From Flavobacteriales bacterium (lineage in GTDB: Bacteria; Bacteroidota; Bacteroidia; Flavobacteriales_F; PHOS-HE28): 64,000 nucleotides of DNA. The position numbers and the translations under genes were made by a program. This document shows positions 1 through 10,457 of this stretch, piece by piece. Within the stretch, counting starts at the first letter, position 1; each line of letters begins with the position of its first letter. The notes below the pieces were generated by a model that ran no database searches, was not told the origin of the DNA, and was given only the letters and a program-made list of their open reading frames with translations. The stretch is taken from assembly GCA_020635695.1 (NCBI GenBank), contig JACJZH010000005.1:174961-238960 (forward strand), read 5' to 3'.

Positions 1-3000
1 GCCTGGGCACCTTCCTGCCCGATGCGCAGACGCTGAACGCCCAGTACCAGCCCTCGAACTTCGAGCTGGGCTCCGGCAGCTTCACCCTGACGCTGACCAC
101 CACGGGCAACGGCAACTGCCTGGCCGTGAGCGACCAGCTGACCGTGACCGTGCTCGATGCACCCACGGTGGACGCCGGTCCCGACCTGACCACCTGCTCC
201 AGCGACCTGGACATCGAACTGGACGGCGAGGTGCTCGGCACCACCACCACGGGCATCTGGACCACCAGCGGCACGGGCACCTTCTTCCCGAGCGCCACGG
301 CGCTGAACGCCACCTACCTGGCCAGCTCGCTGGATTCGCTCAACGGCACGGTGGACCTCACGCTCACCAGCACCAACAACGGCCTCTGCAACGCCGTGAT
401 GGACCAGCTGACGGTGACCATCCTCCCGAACGCCACGGCCGATGCCGGACCGGACCAGGTGATCTGTGCCAGCACCGACAAGGTGATGCTCGAAGGCCTG
501 ATCACCGGCAACGCCACGCAGGGCACCTGGACCACCACGGGTGCGGGCACCTTCACCCCGAACGCGAACAGTGCGACCGCCAGCTACTGGCCGGACAGCA
601 CGGACCTGGCCCTGGGCACGCTCACCTTCACCTGGAGCGTGAACAGCTGCGACAACGCGCAGGACCAGATGACCGTGACCATCGTGCCGGAGTCGGCCGT
701 GGACGCGGGTGCCGACCTGGTGACCTGCTTCGATGACCTGGACGTGGTGATCAACGGGTCCGTGACCGGCGCAGGCACCACCGGGCAGTGGAGCACGCTG
801 GGAAGCGGCACCTTCGCCAACCCCGCGAGCGCGCTCAGCAACGTGTACCAGGCCAGCCTGCAGGACTCCCTGGCGCTCGGTGTGGACCTGGTGCTCACCG
901 CCACCGGTACGGGCGTGTGCCCTGCTGATGCCGACACCCTGCACATCGACATCCTGCCCTTCGGCACGGTGGACGCCGGTGCGGACATGACCTTCTGCGC
1001 CAACAACGCCACCGTGCAACTGAACGGTGTGCTGGGCGGCGATGCCACCCAGGTGTTGTGGACCACCTCGGGCACGGGCATCTTCTTCCCGAGCGCCGGG
1101 GTGCTCACGCCCACCTACATCCCCAGCGCCGTGGATACCGCCATCGGTTCCGTGACGCTGACCCTGGCCGCGGTGAACAGCTGCAACAACGCCAGCGATG
1201 CGCTGACCCTTACGCTGACGCCGGCACCGTACGTGAACGCCGGTCCGGACCAGACCTACTGCAACCAGGTCTCCACCTTCACCCTGGACGGTACCATCAG
1301 CGGGGTCACCAACGTGGGGCAGTGGACCACCACGGGTACGGGCACGCTCGCCAACCCGGGTTCGCTCACGACAACCTACTCGGCCAGCGCTGCGGACATC
1401 GCGGCCGGGCGCATCGACTTCACGCTCAGTTCGCTCAACAACGGCAACTGCGCCCCGGTGTCCGACCAGATGACCATCTGGCTCACCGACGGCATCATCG
1501 CTGATGCCGGCCCGGACCAGAGCGTGTGCGTGCTCTCCGACCATGCGCAGCTGCAGGGCGCCATCCTGAACGGTTCGCCCACCGGCACCTGGACCACCAC
1601 GGGCAGCGGCACCTTCAGCCCCGACCCGGATGCGCTGAACGCCCAGTACTACTTCTCGGCCGGCGATGTGGCCAACGGCTCGGTGGTGCTCACCCTCACC
1701 AGCACCAACACGGGCACCTGCCCGCCGGTGCAGGACCAGCTGGTGCTCACCTTCGGCAACAGCAGCTTCGCCGACGCCGGTGATGACCTGACCACCTGCG
1801 CCAACTCCCCCGTGGTGCAACTGAACGGCAACGTGAGCGGCGGTGCGCAGGGCGGTGTCTGGAGCACCTCGGGTACGGGCTCCTTCAACAACACCTCCTT
1901 CCTGGACCCGACCTACACGCTGAGCGCCTCGGACCTGGCCAACGGCAGCGTGACGCTGACCCTCACCACCATCACGGGCGGGGCCTGCCTGCCGGTGAGC
2001 GACCAGGTGACGGTGACCGTGAACGGCCTGCCGGCCATCGACGCGGGCAGCGACCAGATCGTCTGCACCGCCGACCCGGTGACGTTGAACGCCTTCGTGT
2101 CGAACGCGGCCGGGGTGCTCTGGAGCACCTCGGGCACGGGCACCTTCTTCGATGCCACCGCGGCCACCACGCTCTACTACCCGAGCGCGGCCGACAGCCT
2201 GGCCGGTTCCGTACTGCTCTCGGTGACCACCACTGGCATGGAGCCCTGCGGCGCGGTGAGCGATCAGCTGGAGGTGACCTTCGGCGGCGGTCTGGAGGCC
2301 GATGCGGGCCCCGATGTGGTGACCTGCAGCACCCAGCCCAACGTGGCCCTGAACGGCAGCGTGGCGGGCACCACCACCGGCCAGTGGAGCACCACCGGCA
2401 CCGGCAGCTTCACGCCCAGCAACACGGCGCTGAACGCCACCTACGTGCCCGGCCCGGCCGACTTCATCATCGGCGACATCGCCCTGGTGCTCACCACCAC
2501 GAACAACCTGGGCTGTCCGCCGGCGCGCGACACCCTGATCGTGAGCTACCACCTGCCGCCCACGGTGAACGCGGGCCAGGACGTGCTGCTCTGTGATGGT
2601 ATCGAACCCGTACAGCTGGCGGCGAGCGCCCAGCACCATGACGGCATCCAGTGGTTCACCACGGGCACCGGCGGCTTCAGCACGGACACCATCCCCGATC
2701 CGGTGTACACCCCCAGTGCGGCCGACAGCGTGAGCGGTGGTGTGTACCTGGTGGTGACCGCCTTCGGCACCGGTGGCTGTGCGAACGCCAGCGACTCCAT
2801 CCTGATCGACATCGGTCCCACGCGCATCGCTGATGCGGGCACGGATCAAGCGCTCTGCGGCGATGGCACCCCCATCCAGTTGAACGGCGCCATCACAGGC
2901 GTGTCGGGCGGCCAATGGAGCAGCAGCGGCAGCGGCACCTTCCTGCCCGATGCCACCACGCTGAACGCCGTGTACACCCCCAGCCCGGCGGACCTCGTGA

Positions 3001-3360
3001 CCGGTCAGCTGCAGTTCCTGCTGGCCACCACCGGCAACCTGGGTTGCCCGGCCGATGTGGACACCCTGATCGTGAGCCTGCAGACGCCCCCGACGGCCAG
3101 CGCCGGTCCGGACCAGAGCACCTGCAGCGTGGGCGACCTGGTGGACCTGGCCGGCAGCTTCACCGGTGCGGCCGGCGTGCAGTGGACCACCAGCGGCAGC
3201 GGCAGCTTCCTGCCCGATGCCTTCACCGCCACCGCCCAGTACCAGCCCAGCGCGGCCGACTCGGTGATGCAGCAGGTGATGCTGGTGCTCACCACCACCG
3301 GCAACCAGGCCTGTCCGGCCGCGGCCGACACCGCCATGCTCTCCTTCGTGAACCCGCTTT
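1..3360 (+). repeat. In-frame coding tandem repeat, period 261-270 nt, 12 full copies plus a partial copy at the window edge
   Basis: DAGPD-type module starts at nt 171, 441, 702, 972, 1236, 1503, 1773, 2040, 2301, 2568, 2832 and 3099. Copies are diverged at the DNA level. Confidence 0.85.
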
Positions 3361-4118
3361 CGCCCGCCTTCAGCGCCAGCAACCTGTGCGCCGGCAGCGA
3401 GGCCATGTTCACCGATGCGAGCACCTCGGGCAACAGCAGCATCATCGGGTGGAACTGGACCTTCCCGGGCGGGGTCACCGCCTCCGGTCCGCAGGTCGGC
3501 TTCACCTTCCCCACGGCCGGCCAGTACGCGGTGACGCTGACGCTCTACGCGGACAACGGCTGCACCGCCAGCCTGACCCAGGTGTTCGATGTGCTGGCCG
3601 CGCCCAGTGCCGGCTTCACCATCGAGGGTGAACCCTTCACCGGTGAGGAGTTCATCGTGACCGACAACAGCTTCGGTGCCACCGGCTGGTGGTACGACTT
3701 CGGCGATGGCCAGGGCAGCCTGGACGCCGAGCCCACCCACGTGTTCACCGAGGCCGGCCAGTACATCGTGGTGCAGACCGTGAGCAACGCCGCGGGCTGC
3801 ACGGACAGCGACTCCGTGCTGGTGAGCATCGAGACCAAGGACATCCTGCCTCCGCGCCTGCCCAACGCCTTCAGCCCGAACGGCGACGGCGTGAACGACG
3901 TGTTCTACGTGCGCGGCGGTCCCTTCGAGACCATCGACCTGAAGGTCTACAACGGGTGGGGCGAGCTCATCTTCGAGACCACCGACCCGGAGTTCGGCTG
4001 GGACGGCACGCGCGACGGCACGCCCGCCATCAATGGCGTGTACGTGTACACCGTGCAGGCGACCTCCACCGACGGCCGGGAGCATGACCGCACCGGCAAG
4101 ATCACCCTGATCCGCTGA
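1..4118 (+). CDS. Giant cell-surface repeat adhesin, 5'-truncated by the window edge: 12 tandem ~90-aa two-Cys modules, 2 PKD-like domains, T9SS type-B (gliding-motility/CHU_C-type) C-terminal sorting domain
   Basis: The frame stays open back to nt 3. The upstream translation (LGTFLPDAQTLNAQYQPS...GNGNCLAVSDQL) already fits the repeat consensus, so the 'M' at 126 is an internal GTG. Modules open with (V/A)(D/N)AG(P/A/S)D..C. The tail PNAFSPNGDGVNDVF...GWDG...GVYVY is typical of type-B sorting domains. Confidence 0.8.
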   Translation, partial: LGTFLPDAQTLNAQYQPSNFELGSGSFTLTLTTTGNGNCLAVSDQLTVTVLDAPTVDAGPDLTTCSSDLDIELDGEVLGTTTTGIWTTSGTGTFFPSATALNATYLASSLDSLNGTVDLTLTSTNNGLCNAVMDQLTVTILPNATADAGPDQVICASTDKVMLEGLITGNATQGTWTTTGAGTFTPNANSATASYWPDSTDLALGTLTFTWSVNSCDNAQDQMTVTIVPESAVDAGADLVTCFDDLDVVINGSVTGAGTTGQWSTLGSGTFANPASALSNVYQASLQDSLALGVDLVLTATGTGVCPADADTLHIDILPFGTVDAGADMTFCANNATVQLNGVLGGDATQVLWTTSGTGIFFPSAGVLTPTYIPSAVDTAIGSVTLTLAAVNSCNNASDALTLTLTPAPYVNAGPDQTYCNQVSTFTLDGTISGVTNVGQWTTTGTGTLANPGSLTTTYSASAADIAAGRIDFTLSSLNNGNCAPVSDQMTIWLTDGIIADAGPDQSVCVLSDHAQLQGAILNGSPTGTWTTTGSGTFSPDPDALNAQYYFSAGDVANGSVVLTLTSTNTGTCPPVQDQLVLTFGNSSFADAGDDLTTCANSPVVQLNGNVSGGAQGGVWSTSGTGSFNNTSFLDPTYTLSASDLANGSVTLTLTTITGGACLPVSDQVTVTVNGLPAIDAGSDQIVCTADPVTLNAFVSNAAGVLWSTSGTGTFFDATAATTLYYPSAADSLAGSVLLSVTTTGMEPCGAVSDQLEVTFGGGLEADAGPDVVTCSTQPNVALNGSVAGTTTGQWSTTGTGSFTPSNTALNATYVPGPADFIIGDIALVLTTTNNLGCPPARDTLIVSYHLPPTVNAGQDVLLCDGIEPVQLAASAQHHDGIQWFTTGTGGFSTDTIPDPVYTPSAADSVSGGVYLVVTAFGTGGCANASDSILIDIGPTRIADAGTDQALCGDGTPIQLNGAITGVSGGQWSSSGSGTFLPDATTLNAVYTPSPADLVTGQLQFLLATTGNLGCPADVDTLIVSLQTPPTASAGPDQSTCSVGDLVDLAGSFTGAAGVQWTTSGSGSFLPDAFTATAQYQPSAADSVMQQVMLVLTTTGNQACPAAADTAMLSFVNPLSPAFSASNLCAGSEAMFTDASTSGNSSIIGWNWTFPGGVTASGPQVGFTFPTAGQYAVTLTLYADNGCTASLTQVFDVLAAPSAGFTIEGEPFTGEEFIVTDNSFGATGWWYDFGDGQGSLDAEPTHVFTEAGQYIVVQTVSNAAGCTDSDSVLVSIETKDILPPRLPNAFSPNGDGVNDVFYVRGGPFETIDLKVYNGWGELIFETTDPEFGWDGTRDGTPAINGVYVYTVQATSTDGREHDRTGKITLIR

Positions 4119-4123
4119 CCCCC

Positions 4124-5128
4124 ATGCGCAGCACCATGAACACGAGCAAGATCCTCCTGCTGGCCGCCTGCCTCGGCACCGCCGCCGGCTCCCACGCCCA
4201 GGACGCGCAGCTGAGCCAGTTCGACGCGGCCCCCATCCTGCTGAACCCGGCCCTCACCGGCATGTACGAGGGGTCCGACTTCCGCATGAGCAGCAACCTG
4301 CGCAGCCAGTGGAACAGCATCGGGAACACCTTCCTGACCACGGCCTTCGCCTACGATGCGCTGGTGAACGAACGCTACGGGGCGGGCGCCTACATCAGCA
4401 ACTACGACATGGCGGGGCTCATGAACACCTTCGAGTTCGGGGTCACCTCCAGCTACAACGTGAGCGAGGCCAACGCGGAGCACACCCTGTCGGTGGGCCT
4501 GCGTGCGGGCATCATCTACAAGAAGATCAGCGAGCCCGAACTGCTGTTCGACCAGCAGTACAACGACGGCTACTTCGATCCGGACCTGCCCAGCGGGGAG
4601 CAGTTCCAGCGGGGTGCGCGCCTGATGCCCGAACTGGGGCTGGGCGTGGCCTACCGGTCGAAGTCCGACCGCCGCCGGGTGAACCCCTTCGCCAACTTCG
4701 CGGCCTTCCACGTGACCACGCCGGACGAATCGATCCTACGGACGGCCAAGCACGAACTGCCGATCCGCTGGTCCTTCATGGGCGGTTGCGACATTGAGAT
4801 CAACGACATCGTGATGGTGAAGCCTATGGGCCTGTATTGGAGGCAGGGTGCCGACCAGCAGGTGAACGTGGGCCTGCTCGGCCTGGTGAGCGTCGGCGGC
4901 TCGGCCTACAGCGTGATCGGAGGCGTCTCGCACCGGCTGAACGATGCGGTGATCGCCCACGCCGGCCTGCGGCACAAGAACAACATGTACCGCTTCAGCT
5001 ACGACGTGACCACCAGCGAGCTGCGCAGCTACACGAACAACAACGGGGCCTTCGAGTTCTCGATCGTGTACTTCGCCACCCACTCCGGACGCGATGCGCG
5101 CCGGCGGGTGCAGAGCAAGTCGTTCTGA
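4124..5128 (+). CDS. PorP/SprF-family T9SS outer-membrane protein
   Basis: 334 aa. A signal peptide is followed by AQDAQLSQFDAAPILLNPALTG, the N-terminal signature of PorP/SprF barrels. The gene starts 5 nt after the adhesin stop, as in SprB-SprF style pairing. Confidence 0.8.
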   Translation: MRSTMNTSKILLLAACLGTAAGSHAQDAQLSQFDAAPILLNPALTGMYEGSDFRMSSNLRSQWNSIGNTFLTTAFAYDALVNERYGAGAYISNYDMAGLMNTFEFGVTSSYNVSEANAEHTLSVGLRAGIIYKKISEPELLFDQQYNDGYFDPDLPSGEQFQRGARLMPELGLGVAYRSKSDRRRVNPFANFAAFHVTTPDESILRTAKHELPIRWSFMGGCDIEINDIVMVKPMGLYWRQGADQQVNVGLLGLVSVGGSAYSVIGGVSHRLNDAVIAHAGLRHKNNMYRFSYDVTTSELRSYTNNNGAFEFSIVYFATHSGRDARRRVQSKSF

Positions 5129-5135
5129 GTACGGA

Positions 5136-6017
5136 TCAGCCCTTCAGGGCTTCGGCCCCACCGACGATCTCCAGGATCTCGTTGGTGATGGATGCCTGGC
5201 GCGCCTTGTTGTAGGTCAGCTTCAGGTCCTTGAGCAGGCTGTCCGCGTTGTCGGTGGCCTTGTGCATGGCCGTCATGCGGGCGCCGTGCTCGGCGGCATG
5301 GCTGTCCAGCAGGGCCTTGTACAGCTGCACCTTCAGGCTCTTGGGGATGATCTGCTCCACGATGGTGGCGCGATCGGGCTCCATGATGTGTTCGCCCTTC
5401 GAAGTGGCCGACGAGCCTTCTGAGGCCTCCTCTCCGGTGGCCACGATAGGCAGGAACTGCTCGGTGGTGACCACCTGGGTGGCGGCGTTCTTGAAGCGGT
5501 TGTACACCAGCACCACGCGGTCGTAGCTGCCGTCGGCGAACCGGTCCATGAGCAGCTGGGCCACGGGTGCCACCTGATCGAAGCTGAGGTCGTCGAAGAG
5601 CCGGGCCAGGTCGGTGGGCAGGTCGGTGGTGTGCCAGCTCGTGCGCTTGAACTGGTCCATGGCCTTCTTGCCGATGCTCAGCACATGCACCTGCCCGGGG
5701 GTGTCCTGGGCCAGGCGCTTGATCTGCCGCACGATCTGGGCGTTGAAGGCGCCGGCCAGGCCGCGGTTGCTGGTGATGGCCACGTAGAGGGTGCGCTGCA
5801 CCTCCCGCTGCTGGCCGTACTTCCCCTCGGAGGGGTCCAGGCCGGCGCTCACGTTCCCCATGATCTGCCCGAGCTTCTCGGCGTAGGGCCGCATGCGGAG
5901 GATGGCGTCCTGGGCACGGCGCAGCTTGGCGGCGCTCACCATCTTCATGGCGGCCGTGATCTGCTTGGTGCTGTTGACGGACGTGATCCGGCTGCGTACC
6001 TCCTTCAGGCTGGGCAT
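5136..6017 (-). CDS. atpG: F0F1 ATP synthase subunit gamma
   Basis: 293 aa. MPSLKEVRSRITSVNSTKQITAAMKMVSAAKLRRAQ and the C-terminal ITNEILEIVGGAEAL are canonical gamma-subunit sequences. Confidence 0.95.
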   Translation of the reverse strand: MPSLKEVRSRITSVNSTKQITAAMKMVSAAKLRRAQDAILRMRPYAEKLGQIMGNVSAGLDPSEGKYGQQREVQRTLYVAITSNRGLAGAFNAQIVRQIKRLAQDTPGQVHVLSIGKKAMDQFKRTSWHTTDLPTDLARLFDDLSFDQVAPVAQLLMDRFADGSYDRVVLVYNRFKNAATQVVTTEQFLPIVATGEEASEGSSATSKGEHIMEPDRATIVEQIIPKSLKVQLYKALLDSHAAEHGARMTAMHKATDNADSLLKDLKLTYNKARQASITNEILEIVGGAEALKG

Positions 6018-6085
6018 CTCGGGGCGGGTGTGCGGTTGCGTGTGGCAGGTCGACCCGGTGGGTCGACGCTACAGGTGCTTCGCCA

Positions 6086-7666
<1,581 letters not shown>

Positions 7667-7678
7667 CTTGCGTGGTCC

Positions 7679-8239
7679 TTAGAATTCGGGTACGTAGGGG
7701 TTCTCGGAGAACTGGCGCCGCAGGTCGAGCAGGCGGCGGCTCACGCTGCCATCGTACTGCTCGTCGCCGATGCGGATCACCACGCCCCCGATCAGTTCGG
7801 GGTCCACCGAGACCGAGAGCTCGATGGTCTTTCCAGGGTGCTTGGCCGCCACCAGGTCGGTGACCCGCTTGCGGCCGGCCTCGTCCAACGCGGTGGCGCT
7901 GGTGACGTGGCAGATCAGGATGCCTTCGTGCTTCCGGTACAGCTCACCGAACCCGGCGGCGATCTCCGGCAGCAGCGTCTCACGGCCCTTGCGGACCAGG
8001 ATGCCCATGAAGGCGTTGGTGATGGTGCCCACCTTGCCGGCGAAGACCTTGTCCAGCACCTTGTCCTTCTTGTCGGCCTTGACCACCGGGCTGCGCAGCA
8101 GCACGGTAAGGTCGCGGCTCGCGGAACAGGTGTCGGCGACCACCTCCATGTCCGCGCGCACCGGCTCCAGCTGGTCCCGTTCCAGGGCCAGGGCCATGAG
8201 GGAGCGCGCGTAGCGGTAGGCGACCGGGGAGATGTTCAT
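7679..8239 (-). CDS. atpH: F0F1 ATP synthase subunit delta (OSCP)
   Basis: 186 aa. It sits between atpF and atpA and overlaps atpF by 4 nt. Confidence 0.85.
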   Translation of the reverse strand: MNISPVAYRYARSLMALALERDQLEPVRADMEVVADTCSASRDLTVLLRSPVVKADKKDKVLDKVFAGKVGTITNAFMGILVRKGRETLLPEIAAGFGELYRKHEGILICHVTSATALDEAGRKRVTDLVAAKHPGKTIELSVSVDPELIGGVVIRIGDEQYDGSVSRRLLDLRRQFSENPYVPEF

Positions 8240-8733
8240 GACAGGTGCTTGTCCGCGTCGGCCATCACTTTCTCGACCAGGGCCTTCTGGGCGGCGCCGT
8301 CGGCGAGCTTGTCCCGGAGGATGCGCTCGGCGATCTGGATGCTCAGTTCGGCCACCTGGTTCTTCATCTCGGTGATGGCGGCGTTCTTCTCGTTGCGGAT
8401 CTCCTCCTGGGCGCGGGCCAGCAGCGCGTCGGCCTCGGCCTTGGCCTTGTCCTTGGCGGCGGCGATCTCCTTGTCACGGATCTCGCGGGCCTCGCGCAGC
8501 AGCACCTCGCGCTCCTCCCGCGCCTCGCGCATCAGGGCCTCGTTGCCCGCCTGCATCGTGGCGATCTCCTCGCGGGCCTTCTTGGCCTCGTTGAGGGCGT
8601 CCTCGATGCCCTGTTCACGCTCGTGCAGCGTGTCCAGGATGGGCTTCCAGGCGAACTTCCGCAGGATGAACAGCACCGCCAGGAAGGAGATGGTCATCCA
8701 GAAGATGAGGCCGAAGGAGAACTCGATGAGCAT
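8236..8733 (-). CDS. atpF: F0F1 ATP synthase subunit b
   Basis: 165 aa. One N-terminal TM helix is followed by a long charged helix (REAREEREVLLREAREIRDKEIAAAKDKAKAEADALL). Confidence 0.85.
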   Translation of the reverse strand: MLIEFSFGLIFWMTISFLAVLFILRKFAWKPILDTLHEREQGIEDALNEAKKAREEIATMQAGNEALMREAREEREVLLREAREIRDKEIAAAKDKAKAEADALLARAQEEIRNEKNAAITEMKNQVAELSIQIAERILRDKLADGAAQKALVEKVMADADKHLS

Positions 8734-8775
8734 GGCTCAGGGGGATGAGGTGGAACGAAGGGAGGGTGATGCTCC

Positions 8776-9024
8776 TCAGAGCACCATGGCCAGCAGGCCC
8801 ACCACGATGCCGAACATGGCGGCACCTTCCACGAGGGCGGCGGCCAGGATCATGTTGGCACGGATGTCGTTGGTGGCCTCGGGCTGGCGGGCGATGGCCT
8901 GCATGGCGTCACCACCGATGCGGCCGATGCCGATGCCGGCGGCCAGGGCGGCGATGCCTGCGCCGATGGCGGCGAAACCGAAGTGCGCATTGGCGGCGGC
9001 TTCCAGGAGGATCGAGAGGAACAT
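8776..9024 (-). CDS. atpE: F0F1 ATP synthase subunit c
   Basis: 82-aa hairpin proteolipid with a GIGIGRIGG loop and the carboxylate in ALVEGAAMFG. Confidence 0.9.
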   Translation of the reverse strand: MFLSILLEAAANAHFGFAAIGAGIAALAAGIGIGRIGGDAMQAIARQPEATNDIRANMILAAALVEGAAMFGIVVGLLAMVL

Positions 9025-9048
9025 GGGTCGGTCGTTTGGTTTGGAGTG

Positions 9049-10143
9049 TTATACCAGGGATTCCTTGTGCTCATGGTGCTCCTCCACCGCTGCGCCGAAG
9101 TACATGGCGGACAGGAAGGTGAAGACGAAGGCCTGGATGAAGGCCACGAGCAGTTCGAGCATGCTCATGAACACGGTGAAGACCAGCGTGAACACGCTGA
9201 CGCCCCAACCCAGTCCGGCGTTGATCTCGCCGAAGATGAAGATGAGCGCGAAGAAGCTGAGCACGATGATGTGGCCCGCCGTGATGTTGGCGAACAGTCG
9301 GATCATGAGGATGGCCGGGCGCAGGAACACGCCCAGGATCTCCACCGGGGTCAGGATCAGCAGCACCGGCTTGGGCACCCCGGGCATGGCCAGGATGTGG
9401 CCCCAGTAGTGGCGGTTGCCGTAGTACAGGGTGATCAGGAAGGTGAAGACCGCCAGGGCGAAGGTGACCGAGATGCTGCCGGTCACGTTGGCGCCGAAGG
9501 GTGCGATGGGGATCAGCCCCATCAGGTTGTTGATCAGGATGAAGAAGAAGACCGTGAGCAGGAAGGGCATGAACTTCCTGTACTTGGGGCCGATGTTGGG
9601 CTTGGCCACATCGTCGCGCACGAAGAGGATGATGGGCTCGATGAAGCTCTGCAGGCCCTTGGGGGCGCCGGTTCCGCGGGTGCGGTAGCCCTTGGCCACG
9701 CTCAGGAAGATCAGCAGCATGAGCACCACGCTGGTGAGCATGCCGGCCACGTTCTTGGTGATGCTGATGTCCCAGGTGGCCTTGGTGAGGGCCTCGTCCC
9801 TGGTGGCCTCCTCCACGGGCGTGCCGTCCGGGGCGGTGGTGGCCACCAGCTTGCCCTCCTGCAGCATGTAGCCACCGTAGGTCTTGTGACCATGGTCGAA
9901 GCGGCCGCTGGAGAACACGCTGAGCCCGCGCTCGGTGTTGTAGGCGATGATGGGGAGGGGCAGGGTGGTGTGCCCGAACAGGTGCCAGCCGTGCTCGTCG
10001 CCCACGTGGCCCATGATCATGTGCCCGGGATCGAAGGGTTCCTTGCCATGGTGACCTTCTTCCGACCCGGAGGCCTGGACCGGGAACAGGGAGGAGAGCA
10101 CCCCGAGGATGAGCAGGAAAGCGGCGCGCAGCAAGGGTTTCAC
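9049..10143 (-). CDS. atpB: F0F1 ATP synthase subunit a
   Basis: I trimmed the listed 428-aa ORF to the GTG at 10143 (VKPLLRAAFLLILG...). The essential-Arg motif RLFANITAGH is present. A perfect -7 box at 10181-10188 lies upstream of this start. The exact start is uncertain. Confidence 0.85.
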   Translation of the reverse strand: MKPLLRAAFLLILGVLSSLFPVQASGSEEGHHGKEPFDPGHMIMGHVGDEHGWHLFGHTTLPLPIIAYNTERGLSVFSSGRFDHGHKTYGGYMLQEGKLVATTAPDGTPVEEATRDEALTKATWDISITKNVAGMLTSVVLMLLIFLSVAKGYRTRGTGAPKGLQSFIEPIILFVRDDVAKPNIGPKYRKFMPFLLTVFFFILINNLMGLIPIAPFGANVTGSISVTFALAVFTFLITLYYGNRHYWGHILAMPGVPKPVLLILTPVEILGVFLRPAILMIRLFANITAGHIIVLSFFALIFIFGEINAGLGWGVSVFTLVFTVFMSMLELLVAFIQAFVFTFLSAMYFGAAVEEHHEHKESLV

Positions 10144-10180
10144 GTGGCTTGCAGAGGGAACTGCCCCCGAAATACGGGCG

Positions 10181-10188
10181 CAAAGGTA
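10181..10188 (-). promoter_or_regulatory. -7 box TACCTTTG upstream of atpB
   Basis: A perfect TAnnTTTG (extended CTTTGCG) lies 37 nt before the GTG at 10143. Confidence 0.45.
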
Positions 10189-10223
10189 GCCATCGGTACC
10201 GAATGGCGAAACCCGGGCGTGCA

Positions 10224-10457
10224 TCACTTTCGGCCGGTCTCCTTGAACAGGAACACCATGGCACCCACGATGCCCAGCAGGCTCAGCCCCAGGGTGGCGG
10301 CCGGGAACTTCCAGCCGAGCTGCCGGTCCAGCCACCAGCCGCCAAGCACCCCGGCCAGGATGATGCCCATCATCTGCAGCCCGAGCGCGCTGAAGCGGAG
10401 GTAGTCCTGGTAGCGGCGCCGGGCCTTGTCCAGCTCGTCGTCGGGCTTCGTGCTCAT
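10224..10457 (-). CDS. AtpZ/AtpI-family small membrane protein
   Basis: 77 aa from the ATG at 10457, with two TM helices (MSTKPDDELDKARRRYQDYLRFSALGLQMMG...). It lies directly upstream of atpB. Confidence 0.6.
   Translation of the reverse strand: MSTKPDDELDKARRRYQDYLRFSALGLQMMGIILAGVLGGWWLDRQLGWKFPAATLGLSLLGIVGAMVFLFKETGRK

Noticed and set aside
1-3360. The regular ~267-nt DNA periodicity could have been a CRISPR array or a satellite.
   Set aside because: The period is far too long for CRISPR and there are no short identical repeats. The array is one continuous open frame encoding a diverged protein repeat.
5129-5136. The missing atpD and atpC after atpG might have indicated a deletion or rearrangement.
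   Set aside because: A split arrangement, with atpBEFHAG in one place and atpDC elsewhere, is the normal Bacteroidota layout. atpG simply converges on the PorP/SprF gene.
8855-8872. A sigma-54 promoter-like TGGCAC (TTGGCACGGATGTCGTTGG), noted because rpoN is in the window.
   Set aside because: The downstream element is TCGT rather than TTGC at the required spacing. The site also lies inside atpE coding sequence on the antisense strand. No convincing GG-N10-GC promoter was seen in any intergenic region.
9049-10335. N-terminal extensions in the ORF track. Examples are atpB to 10335, the AtpZ-like ORF to 10778, GH3 from 16344, the TolC ORF from 53677, the RidA ORF to 62683 and the DinB ORF to 62774.
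   Set aside because: The track starts at the first possible ATG, GTG or TTG. The extensions are Arg/Pro-rich, overlap neighbouring genes and precede obvious signal peptides or family N-termini. I trimmed them to internal starts that I checked in the DNA.
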